This document shows, in pieces, positions 8,990 to 16,195 of a stretch of 38,657 nucleotides of DNA; the stretch's first letter is position 1; each line of letters opens with the position of its first letter. The DNA comes from Candidatus Moranbacteria bacterium GW2011_GWC2_37_8 (lineage in GTDB: Bacteria > Patescibacteriota > Minisyncoccia > Moranbacterales > GWC2-37-73): positions 1 through 38,657 of the forward strand of contig LBTS01000026.1 of NCBI GenBank assembly GCA_000992165.1. The letters are read 5' to 3'. The notes under the pieces are model-generated. The model saw only the letters and a program-made list of their open reading frames with translations, did no database searches and was not told where the DNA came from. Both the position numbers and the translations under genes were made by a program.

Positions 8990-9013
8990 AAAAGACATTT
9001 TAAAATGCCTTTT
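8990..9013. terminator. Bidirectional hairpin terminator
   Basis: AAAGACATTTT/AAAATGCCTTT, with an A-run before and a T-run after on the plus strand. On the minus strand one pair is a G-U wobble and TCTTTTTT follows. Confidence 0.65.
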
Positions 9014-9023
9014 TTGTATTTAT

Positions 9024-9303
9024 GACGGTCCGGTTAGATTCGAACTAACGTTCCATACTCTCAAACGAAAGTGCCTTGACTAGTAACAACATCTCCCCAG
9101 TCAATGCTTTTCCGTATCACCCTTACTACTATTATTACTCGGTCGCACAAAAAAATATTTCAGAAACAATCTATCAAAAGAAAAAGACATGCGCAATTTC
9201 TGCGTATGCCTTTCATATATGGGCGGGATGAGTGGGGTTGGAACTGAGAATCCCCAGTAAATCAATCTTGCGATCACATCCCGATATTCAATGATATCAA
9301 TAT
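9024..9303 (-). ncRNA. Unclassified structured RNA with a tRNA-like T-arm at its 3' end (tmRNA-like features, class not established)
   Basis: No ORF. Own promoter (9310-9337) and terminator (8990-9013). 5' domain is ~50% GC, closed by CGGGATG(9283-9277)/CATCCCG(9230-9224) and followed by C-CCA. Inner GATC-GCAA-GATT and TGGGG/CCCCA hairpins. 3' GTTAG-TTCGAAT-CTAAC at 9049-9033. Confidence 0.5.
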
Positions 9304-9309
9304 TTAAAG

Positions 9310-9337
9310 ATTATATAGCTTCATTATTATTCGTCAA
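9310..9337 (-). promoter_or_regulatory. Promoter TTGACG-16-TATAAT for the downstream RNA
   Basis: Minus strand reads caacTTGACGaataataatgaagctaTATAATc. The -35 overlaps the last codons and stop of CDS 9327-9743. Confidence 0.55.
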
Positions 9338-9743
9338 GTTGCTTCCGTAATATTGAGGATTTATATTTTTCTGGTTCGTAAGCCTCAAGCCTGATAATCT
9401 TTGTCCTATCAAGCCCAAGAGCATCTAGCTTCTGTCGAAGCTCTGGAACCGATTGTTTCTGATCATACCCAAGACAAATCACATCCGGTTTAAAATCCCT
9501 TATCGCACTATACCTATCATCTAAACTTCCAGGAAAAACTTCGTTAGCTAAACCACTTTTTTTAATAGCATTAATTCTTTCCGTTTCAGAATATCTTGGC
9601 AAACGACCCTTAACTTTCAGCACTGTTGCATTTCTAGCCACGATCACACGCAAAAAATCCCCATGCTTGCGAGCCTGTTTCAGAAAGTCTCTGTGCCCTT
9701 CGTGAAAAATATCAAATGTCCCAAAAACCAAAACCTTAGTCAT
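9327..9743 (-). CDS. Cytidylyltransferase-like nucleotidyltransferase (RibL/TagD-like)
   Basis: MTKVLVFGTFDIFHEGH carries the HxGH signature. The ATG at 9743 is preferred over the TTG at 9776 used by the track. Confidence 0.8.
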   Translation of the reverse strand: MTKVLVFGTFDIFHEGHRDFLKQARKHGDFLRVIVARNATVLKVKGRLPRYSETERINAIKKSGLANEVFPGSLDDRYSAIRDFKPDVICLGYDQKQSVPELRQKLDALGLDRTKIIRLEAYEPEKYKSSILRKQLDE

Positions 9744-9829
9744 CCCGCAGTAGAAATTCAGATGGTCTTCGACCAATAAATTTCTAGATAAAAATAATTA
9801 TTACCACTTACTGATTTATATTCTTTTTG

Positions 9830-9860
9830 AGTGAAATTTAGCTTCATTCTAAATTTCACT
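9830..9860. repeat. Intercistronic hairpin (11 bp stem)
   Basis: AGTGAAATTTA (9830-9840), loop GCTTCATTC, TAAATTTCACT (9850-9860). Confidence 0.7.
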
Positions 9861-9875
9861 GCTGGACAAGTTTCA

Positions 9876-10070
9876 TTATCTTAAAGTATCATTCTTAAAT
9901 TTTTTAACAGATTCTTTTTCATCAATGATTTCTCCCTTGTACAACTTCTGCAGCAAAAGTGGCACTCCGCATTTTTCACATTTCCCCCAAGCGCAAGATT
10001 GCTTCTTTTGAAAATGCTTCCTGCACATTCCGATTTCTTCTTCAAAAGTTTCTTTGGTAATTTTTTTCAT
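9876..10070 (-). CDS. Small Cys-rich protein (C..H...C..C..C), function unknown
   Basis: The ATG at 10070 lies 1 nt after the upstream stop and gives 64 aa: MKKITKETFEEEIGMCRKHFQKKQSCAWGKCEKCG... The longer track ORF overlaps the upstream gene by 38 nt. Confidence 0.5.
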   Translation of the reverse strand: MKKITKETFEEEIGMCRKHFQKKQSCAWGKCEKCGVPLLLQKLYKGEIIDEKESVKKFKNDTLR

Positions 10071-10071
10071 A

Positions 10072-10329
10072 TTAGTCAAAGCCAATAACCTGATATCCAT
10101 ATTTCTCAACTTCTTCAGGTGTAAAAAGGTTAATATCTTTTGTTTTTAAAACATAAGTAACTTCTTTTTCCAAAATCCTGCCAGTATAATTCCTGCTTTC
10201 ATCAATTTCACGCAAAATCAAAATATCGCCTATCTCACATTTCCAGTCAGCAAGCCTGAGTTCATATTTTTTACTACCATCCAATATCTTTTCAAAATAT
10301 TGCGATAAAACTTTCTTTTCAATTTTCAT
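10072..10329 (-). CDS. DUF3850 / ASCH-like small protein
   Basis: 85 aa. VLSQYFEKILDGSKKYELRLADWKCEIGDILILRE...YTGR resembles the DUF3850 (ASCH/PUA-like) pattern. Confidence 0.6.
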   Translation of the reverse strand: MKIEKKVLSQYFEKILDGSKKYELRLADWKCEIGDILILREIDESRNYTGRILEKEVTYVLKTKDINLFTPEEVEKYGYQVIGFD

Positions 10330-10333
10330 AATT

Positions 10334-10915
10334 TTACTTAATTTTCAAAAAAGGATTCTCTATTTTAAATGTTATTTCTTTGGTGTTATTTATATCGTCT
10401 TTAGATATTCCATATTTTTCATTGTACAAGGTATCAACAGCACAAAACCGAGCATCATCGTAATTAAATCCTATTTTTTCACTAACATTTTTAACTTCAT
10501 CTTCAGATTTGCCTTCCACCTCCACAAAAGGCTCTACGTAAGGCCATTCATCGATACAAATCTCAACTCCATCCAACTTCCAAATTTCCCTTTTTGTTTC
10601 TTGATAGGATTTATTTCTACATCCCATATTTTCCAGTAGCAGTCTAGCATCATTAAAACTATTAATATGAAGACAAATTTCTTTCTGCTCTTCTATCCCA
10701 CCATCGTTAATAACCTTAAGACTTAAAGTAATTTTATCAGCTTCATCGCGAACTCTAAGCCATCCGCCCTTAATTTCATGGCCACTTGGAAAATAATAAT
10801 TTACTCTTTTTTGTAAAAATTCAGGCCTAATCAATTCAGCGCCTAATTTTCTAAGCCGTTCTCTGATTTCATTTTTGTCGATATTCGGGAAAGTGGCTTC
10901 GTATTCAATCTGCAT
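10334..10915 (-). CDS. CYTH-domain protein (CyaB/ThTPase-like)
   Basis: 193 aa. N-terminal IEYEATF...L..LGA...Q.RVNYYF resembles the ExExK-type CYTH N-terminus, but the Lys is replaced. Confidence 0.55.
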   Translation of the reverse strand: MQIEYEATFPNIDKNEIRERLRKLGAELIRPEFLQKRVNYYFPSGHEIKGGWLRVRDEADKITLSLKVINDGGIEEQKEICLHINSFNDARLLLENMGCRNKSYQETKREIWKLDGVEICIDEWPYVEPFVEVEGKSEDEVKNVSEKIGFNYDDARFCAVDTLYNEKYGISKDDINNTKEITFKIENPFLKIK

Positions 10916-10918
10916 ATT

Positions 10919-11365
10919 TTAAATGGTTTTTAAAAATTCATCCATATCCTTATAACGCTCATTAAAAACTAGATACAATGTTTCAGGTTTTTCTGGCTCG
11001 CCTATTAAAATTAAAGGCTTACCAAGACCAAAAGCGATGCCAGCCTCCATATGAGCAGATGTTCCGGCCGGTAAAAGTAAGATAACTTTTTCTGCATTTT
11101 TTAATCCTTCCAGATCTTCTTCAAAAACCTCTTTAAAATATTTGTCATCATAAAAATCTTTCACTGATTCAAAAACCTTCATTTGTTCTTCTGGATGTGC
11201 ATCAGCATTATTCGGATCAGCAGGCTTAAGACAAAAGTTATAGCAACTTTTACCTTTTTCTTCAAGTTTTTTAATCAGCAATTCACATTGTTCCTTGTTT
11301 CTAAATCTTGAAATTAGAGTGTAGTCAGTCATATTTTTTAGATTATTTTTAATTCTTTCATCCAT
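10919..11365 (-). CDS. Nucleoside 2-deoxyribosyltransferase-like protein
   Basis: VILLLPAGTSAHMEAGIAFGLGKPLILIG is typical of the NDT/Rcl-like fold. An alternative ATG at 11332 lies just after the upstream stop. Confidence 0.6.
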   Translation of the reverse strand: MDERIKNNLKNMTDYTLISRFRNKEQCELLIKKLEEKGKSCYNFCLKPADPNNADAHPEEQMKVFESVKDFYDDKYFKEVFEEDLEGLKNAEKVILLLPAGTSAHMEAGIAFGLGKPLILIGEPEKPETLYLVFNERYKDMDEFLKTI

Positions 11366-11802
11366 TCATACCAAACAATTTCGAGCCCAGGATTTTTTCC
11401 CCATTCTTCTTCTGAAATTTTTCCAGCAGTAAAATCTTCCGTACGCTTTGCCAGTAAGTTCAGTTCATTTTTTGTGACCCATTTATATTGCTTTGTTTCC
11501 TCTTCACTTCTTTTGACTTCACCAGCAACTTCAACTTCAAAAATCTGCCAGTAATGCCAAGTACCGTCAATTCTTCTGCATGGATTTTCTTTGCGACCTT
11601 CTGTTAATAATTTTAAAGATTTTGTTTGCAAACCCACCTCTTCCTCCAATTCTTTTTTGGCAGTGAATTCAAAGTCATCGCCATCACAATGTCCAGCTGG
11701 CGGCGCATATGCAAATGGAAATTTTGCACGCTCAATCAAAAGTAATTTCTCACCTTTCCAAACCAACATTCCAACACATTTATGATCACAAATCTTTGCC
11801 AT
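11338..11802 (-). CDS. NUDIX hydrolase
   Basis: PAGHCDGDDFEFTAKKELEEEVGL Nudix box. 154 aa. Confidence 0.85.
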   Translation of the reverse strand: MAKICDHKCVGMLVWKGEKLLLIERAKFPFAYAPPAGHCDGDDFEFTAKKELEEEVGLQTKSLKLLTEGRKENPCRRIDGTWHYWQIFEVEVAGEVKRSEEETKQYKWVTKNELNLLAKRTEDFTAGKISEEEWGKNPGLEIVWYEWMKELKII

Positions 11803-11810
11803 ATAATTGT

Positions 11811-11928
11811 GTCATTCCGGACTTGATCCGGAATCCAGGATTTATAACTACCATTAACAATAAACGCTATTTCCTATTAACTTACTTAATCCTGTTTTAT
11901 CCTGGATTCCTGCCTACGCAGGAATGAC
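11811..11928. mobile_element. MITE/REP-like element with hairpin termini (GTCATTCC...GGAATGAC)
   Basis: Left end GTCATTCCGGACTTGATCCGGAATCCAGGA. Right end TCCTGGATTCCTGCCTACGCAGGAATGAC. Each end is an 8 bp hairpin. Occupies nearly the whole 11803-11933 gap. Confidence 0.7.
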
Positions 11929-11933
11929 AAGGT

Positions 11934-12365
11934 TTATAATTTTATGTTATTCAGATCTCCATTGAGCACCACATCATACGTCGCTTTAATTTCATCCGCA
12001 TATGAAACTTCTTCGGGAATAGGATTTAAAAGAAAAATTTTCTTATCGTGCACATGCGCATAACCGATCTCCATCAGCACATTTCCGCCTATGTAGTTTT
12101 TAATGCCCTTCTTATCAAAATTTAAAACCAAAATACCATCACTATTGCAAATTGCGTCGTAGTACCATTTTATATATCCTTGAGCCTTCTTTGCTTCAGC
12201 GTGCTCACCATTAATCACTTGATTCCAAATCTCTTGTTTATCGCCATTAATAAATGCTTCATAATCCGGATGCACAATTGCCTCATGACCTAGATCAGCA
12301 AGAAGCTTTTTATATTCAATCATCTTTTCCTTGAAAGCTGAACTCCCACAAATAGTAATTTTCAT
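11934..12365 (-). CDS. Nucleoside 2-deoxyribosyltransferase-like protein
   Basis: 143 aa. MKITICGSSAF...GGNVLMEIGYAHVHDKKIFLL fits the same fold family as 10919-11365. Confidence 0.55.
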   Translation of the reverse strand: MKITICGSSAFKEKMIEYKKLLADLGHEAIVHPDYEAFINGDKQEIWNQVINGEHAEAKKAQGYIKWYYDAICNSDGILVLNFDKKGIKNYIGGNVLMEIGYAHVHDKKIFLLNPIPEEVSYADEIKATYDVVLNGDLNNIKL

Positions 12366-12366
12366 A

Positions 12367-12720
12367 TTATTTTTTTACCATGCTACATTTTTCAAATGAA
12401 GCGTTCTTATCAATATCGAAAACTTCCACAACTTGATATTTTCCCTTGGTGCAAACTTCTCCGTTTTCAATGAAATGCGTCACTTCTAAAATATTCACAT
12501 TAGCATGAGATTTGGAAAAACTTCCTCCAGTGGTGGTTGTTTCAATGAGTGAAACCTCGCCTTTTAAATAATAAATTCTTTGTTCTTTTTTAAAAAAATC
12601 ATAGACTTTTCCTTCTTCAAGCTTTTCAGGGATACATTCTTCAATTTTTCTTCGACCAGCTTTGAACTCAGAAATATCACGAAGTGCTAAATCCGGATTA
12701 AATTCAACTGCAATACCCAT
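12367..12720 (-). CDS. Hypothetical protein
   Basis: 117 aa ORF with ATG start, 1 nt gap to the downstream gene. No motif recognised. Confidence 0.6.
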   Translation of the reverse strand: MGIAVEFNPDLALRDISEFKAGRRKIEECIPEKLEEGKVYDFFKKEQRIYYLKGEVSLIETTTTGGSFSKSHANVNILEVTHFIENGEVCTKGKYQVVEVFDIDKNASFEKCSMVKK

Positions 12721-12723
12721 AGG

Positions 12724-12832
12724 ATTAGCTTTTTAGCTTCTTAGGCTTTAGCTTTTTAGCAAAGCAAGAGCTAACAATTAAATTATTATACATATATAAC
12801 TAAAAAGCTAATAAGCTAACACCTAAAAAGCT
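12724..12832. repeat. TAGCTTTT-octamer palindromic element, full copy
   Basis: Left arm ATTAGCTTTTTAGCTTCTTAGGCTTTAGCTTTTTAGC (12724-12760). Right arm CTAAAAAGCTAATAAGCTAACACCTAAAAAGCT (12800-12832). Fills the gap between stop 12834 and start 12720. Confidence 0.8.
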
Positions 12833-12833
12833 G

Positions 12834-13415
12834 TCAGATATAAAACTCTTTTTGAAAATCTTTTATCACCTCCTTGAAAAGTTCCTTTTCTTTTTCAAAA
12901 AAAACTTTATCAGAATATTCCTTTTCAAGTCTTTCAATATCAAGAACATTCATTTCAACATGATCCTCACCTGAAATTATTGATGCGCCTGAACCGTGAA
13001 ATTCTGGAAAAAAATGTGCGAGAGCATCAGCAGTAGCAACAATTTTTTCTTCAACTGTCTCAGGAATGTACAATTTGCATCTGTGTTTCAAGACTATGTC
13101 CCTGACCTTTTGAGCAGTCTCAGGGGGTGCCCAATGAACAATAAGGAATTCATATGCCTTACCTGCCCCAATTTCATCATGTGGCTCCGCATTCTCGATA
13201 AGCGCCATATCGTGCAGAAGTGCGCCAAGATGGATAATCTCCGCGTCTCCACCATATCGAAGTGCCATCTCACGACTATACGCAACAACCGGCACAATGT
13301 GATGATTCCAAAAATGCTCCAACAGTTTTTTTCTTTGTGGCTCACCCGCAGCTTCCAAATGCATTCTCTTGACTTCTTCTTCAATTTTATAAATGTCGAA
13401 TTTTTTTGTATTCAT
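12834..13415 (-). CDS. HD-domain phosphohydrolase (paralog of 5148-5720)
   Basis: LGALLHDMA HD motif and ATADALAHF. 193 aa. Lies 49 nt downstream of lysS. Confidence 0.8.
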   Translation of the reverse strand: MNTKKFDIYKIEEEVKRMHLEAAGEPQRKKLLEHFWNHHIVPVVAYSREMALRYGGDAEIIHLGALLHDMALIENAEPHDEIGAGKAYEFLIVHWAPPETAQKVRDIVLKHRCKLYIPETVEEKIVATADALAHFFPEFHGSGASIISGEDHVEMNVLDIERLEKEYSDKVFFEKEKELFKEVIKDFQKEFYI

Positions 13416-13464
13416 ATATAGATTTATCCCATCTATAATTATTTAAAATGAAAGAAAAATAGGA

Positions 13465-14922
13465 TTAATCCTGCTTCTCTTTCATTGGTGGGAAGATTAC
13501 ACATTCACGGACTGATTTATTCATAAAGAAAGAGAAGAGTCTTTCAGAAAAACCAAGTCCGAAAGCGTTCGGCATTCCATATTCAAGCGCTTCAAGGAAA
13601 TCTTCGTCAATCATTTGCGCTTCTGCATCTCCTGCTTCGCGAAGTTTCATTTGCGCTTCAAAGCGCTCTCTTTGATCAATCGGGTCATTAAGCTCAGCAA
13701 AGGCATTGCAAAGCTCAGCTGTACCTGCCACAACTTGAAAGCGTAAAACTTTATTAGGATTGCTTGGATCCTTTTTAGCAAGTGGAGAAACTTCAATCGG
13801 ATGACCAACAAGCATGCAAGGTTGGATAAGTTTCTGACGCACTGTTTTTTTATAAATCGTATCAATCATTTTTCCTTTGCCTGCAGCTGTGTCATATTTG
13901 ATTTTCAATTCTTCAGCCTTAGCGCGCAATTGCTCAACCGTGACATCAGCTGACAAATCAATTCCTGTTTCTTTTTGAAAAGCCTCGAAATAATCAACAT
14001 GCGGAAAATCAATATTCCAATTGATAATATTTCCTTCATATTCATGCTCATATTTTCCAAGCACCTTGAAAGCAATTTCCTTATACATTCTCTCAGTCAT
14101 TTCCATACCTTTTTGAAGATCGCTATATGCCCAATAAAATTCCATGTGATCAAATTCTTGAAGATGTGTCCGGTCAACTCCCTCATTGCGAAAAACACGC
14201 CCAATTTCAAAAACTTTTTCATATCCTCCAACTAAAAGTCTCTTGAGTGGAAGTTCCAAAGAAATACGCATAAAGAAATCTTGATCCAAAGCGTTATGAT
14301 GTGTAATAAATGGTTCAGCGTCAGCTCCACCCGGAGTGTGTTCGAGCACTGGACTTTGCACTTCCAGAAATCCTTCGTTGGTCAAAAAATTTCTCGTCGT
14401 TTGCCAGAAAGTATTTTTCTTGCGAAACAGTTCGCGAGTATCTTCATTTATCATCAAATCCAAATAGCGCCGGCGCAAAAGTTCTTCTTCATCTTTGATT
14501 CCGAAATGTTCAGTTGGAATCGGACGAATATTTTTGCTCAATAATTTCCAATCAACAACTTTCAAAGATTTTTCTTCAGTCTTTGTCAAAAATAATTCCC
14601 CGGTTACTTGGACAAAATCTCCTAATTCAACGTTTTTCGTGAACAATTTGAAAAGATTTTCATCCATGTTTCCCTTGTTGAAAAACAGTTGCATCTTTCC
14701 AGATTCATCTTCAATATTTGCAAATGCGCTTCCACCCATCGGACGAAGTGACCTTACTCGTCCAGCCAGTGTGATTTTCTTCTCTCCAATTTCAGAAAAC
14801 TTTTCAAGCGCTTCTTTATTAGAAATATCCCTTTCCGTTTTTTCCGGATAAGCATCCATGCCATAGTCCTTGATGTTTTTCAATTTATCAAGTTTAGTTT
14901 GCAAAATATCTTCTCGTATCAT
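13465..14922 (-). CDS. lysS: Lysyl-tRNA synthetase (class II)
   Basis: 485 aa. OB-fold N-terminus, RRRYLDL, FLEVQSPVL, FRNEG and GLGFSERL motifs. Confidence 0.95.
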   Translation of the reverse strand: MIREDILQTKLDKLKNIKDYGMDAYPEKTERDISNKEALEKFSEIGEKKITLAGRVRSLRPMGGSAFANIEDESGKMQLFFNKGNMDENLFKLFTKNVELGDFVQVTGELFLTKTEEKSLKVVDWKLLSKNIRPIPTEHFGIKDEEELLRRRYLDLMINEDTRELFRKKNTFWQTTRNFLTNEGFLEVQSPVLEHTPGGADAEPFITHHNALDQDFFMRISLELPLKRLLVGGYEKVFEIGRVFRNEGVDRTHLQEFDHMEFYWAYSDLQKGMEMTERMYKEIAFKVLGKYEHEYEGNIINWNIDFPHVDYFEAFQKETGIDLSADVTVEQLRAKAEELKIKYDTAAGKGKMIDTIYKKTVRQKLIQPCMLVGHPIEVSPLAKKDPSNPNKVLRFQVVAGTAELCNAFAELNDPIDQRERFEAQMKLREAGDAEAQMIDEDFLEALEYGMPNAFGLGFSERLFSFFMNKSVRECVIFPPMKEKQD

Positions 14923-14924
14923 GA

Positions 14925-14964
14925 TTTAGCTTCATTAGCTTTTTAGCTTCTTAGCTTCTTAGCT
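14925..14964. repeat. TAGCTTTT-octamer element, half copy (start-proximal arm only)
   Basis: TTTAGCTTCATTAGCTTTTTAGCTTCTTAGCTTCTTAGCT begins 3 nt from the lysS start codon. No inverted arm. Confidence 0.75.
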
Positions 14965-15041
14965 GTCTGAATGAGTTTAGTGATAATACATCAATATTAG
15001 CCTATTATAAGGCTTTTGGCAATGATATTCAGTTTTCCACA

Positions 15042-15436
15042 TTTCTTTTGCCGCAAAAGAAACCTGGAGGAAAGAAAACTCCCGCACGGAGAAATACGGC
15101 GACAAACTGCACACTTCGCTCGCTAAAATTCCTGAACGCTTCGCTTTCACTCAGTTTTTTGAAAAACTTCGTTCACGGAATTTTTACACTCACTTCGTGG
15201 CAGATTTGTATCGGCGTATTTCTAGTGCGAACTCGGGATGCGTTATTCTAAAGTCCTGAATTTTCCCGCACAACATGAAGTACGTAGGCGAAGCGCAAGT
15301 AATGAGCGTAAAAATTTTTGCGAGACGACCCGAGAGGCGCAGTGAAAATTTTAGCGAAGAACGATGCGCGCGCCACAGTATCTTCATTTGTCGCGAAGCT
15401 TTCTTTGTAACTTTCTTTCGGGGGAAAGAAAGTTAA
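15042..15436. other. GC-rich (~43-52%) non-coding island made of two long imperfect palindromes
   Basis: No credible ORF. Perfect terminal hairpins at 15042-15062 and 15409-15436. CCCGCAC repeated 184 bp apart (15081, 15265). Helices include 15089-15101/15210-15222 and 15125-15138/15170-15184. Confidence 0.6.
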
Positions 15437-15504
15437 TTTTACTATACATTATTAAAAAATATATAAATTATGTTTAATTAATTAAACATAATTCGTGAAC
15501 CGAG

Positions 15505-15554
15505 TCCTGGATTCCCTGCCTACCGGCAGGCAGGCGGATCAAGTCCGGAATGAC
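15505..15554. repeat. REP/MITE-like unit (compact nested form of the GTCATTCC family)
   Basis: TCCTGGATTCC-CTGCCTACCGGCAGGCAGG-CGGATCAAGTCCGGAATGAC. This is the reverse complement of the 11811 end with a hairpin module inserted. Confidence 0.65.
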
Positions 15555-15576
15555 AAAGACTCAGAACACTAAAACA

Positions 15577-15606
15577 CAAAAAGAGCGACCTAAGTCGCTC
15601 TTTTAA
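15577..15606 (-). terminator. Intrinsic terminator after greA
   Basis: AGAGCGAC (15582-15589), loop CTAA, GTCGCTCT (15594-15601). A T-run follows on the minus strand (TTTTTGTGTTTT). Confidence 0.75.
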
Positions 15607-15629
15607 AATAAGTAAAGAAATCTTTTGAA

Positions 15630-16085
15630 TTATTTCACATCCACAATCTGGTATGTAATAACACCCTTAGGAGTAGTTACATCAACAGTGTCTCCAGCGT
15701 TATGTCCCATAAATGCTTTTCCGAGTGGAGATTCATTTGAAATTTTGAAGTTAGCAGGATCAGCTTCATTTGAACCAACAATAGTGAATTCCATTTCAGC
15801 TCCGTTAAACTTCACCTTCACTACACTGCTCATCTGTGCACCTTTTTGAGAATCATCTCTTTCAACAACCTGAGAATTCTTGATAATCATTTCCAATTCA
15901 CCAATCCTTGATTCATTCTCATTCTGCTGAGATTTAGCTTCAGCATATTCAGCATTTTCACTTAAATCACCTTGCTCCTTTGCTTCCTTAATAGCCTGCG
16001 CAATTTCTTGTCGGAGACGAGTTTTGCGATCTTCAAGTTCAACACGTAACTTTTCCAATCCTTCTTTAGTTATAAATCGTACCAT
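15630..16085 (-). CDS. greA: Transcription elongation factor GreA
   Basis: 151 aa. ITKEGLEKLRVELEDRK...GDLSENAEYAEAK coiled-coil plus the C-terminal FKBP-like domain. Confidence 0.93.
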   Translation of the reverse strand: MVRFITKEGLEKLRVELEDRKTRLRQEIAQAIKEAKEQGDLSENAEYAEAKSQQNENESRIGELEMIIKNSQVVERDDSQKGAQMSSVVKVKFNGAEMEFTIVGSNEADPANFKISNESPLGKAFMGHNAGDTVDVTTPKGVITYQIVDVK

Positions 16086-16166
16086 AGCCTTCTTTCATTT
16101 TAGTGATTAAAAAATACCGCTCGAAAACGGCAAAAACCATACTTATCATGATTTGCAAACACATCT

Positions 16167-16195
16167 ATAATATCGAAAAATTGCCGCCTTGTCAA
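16167..16195 (-). promoter_or_regulatory. greA promoter TTGACA-17-TATTAT
   Basis: Minus strand reads ggggTTGACAaggcggcaatttttcgaTATTATagat. Confidence 0.5.

Noticed and set aside
9024-9060. T-arm plus acceptor-like fragment as an att site (tRNA 3' remnant) marking an integrated island
   Set aside because: There is no second copy of the fragment, no integrase or recombinase, and no full-length cognate tRNA in the window. The fragment lies inside a promoter- and terminator-bounded transcript.
9024-9303. Calling this RNA ssrA (tmRNA) outright
   Set aside because: The T-arm, size and a GCA-initiated 11-codon frame with a double stop fit tmRNA. But no 5' strand pairs with the post-T-arm CGGACCG, there is no G3-U70, and no GGGG...UUCGAC 5' signature is present. 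Left as unclassified pending a covariance-model search.
15048-15387. ORFs 15048-15251 (+) and 15190-15387 (-)
   Set aside because: These are low-complexity translations of the palindromic GC-rich island. They overlap each other on opposite strands, with no RBS and no recognisable domain.
15042-15436. RNase P RNA
   Set aside because: A hairpin followed by GGAGGAAAG (15066-15074) mimics P3 plus the start of P4. But the invariant AGUCCGGGC continuation and the ACAGAANCCGGCUUA 3' strand are absent on both strands, and P1/P2 pairing could not be found.
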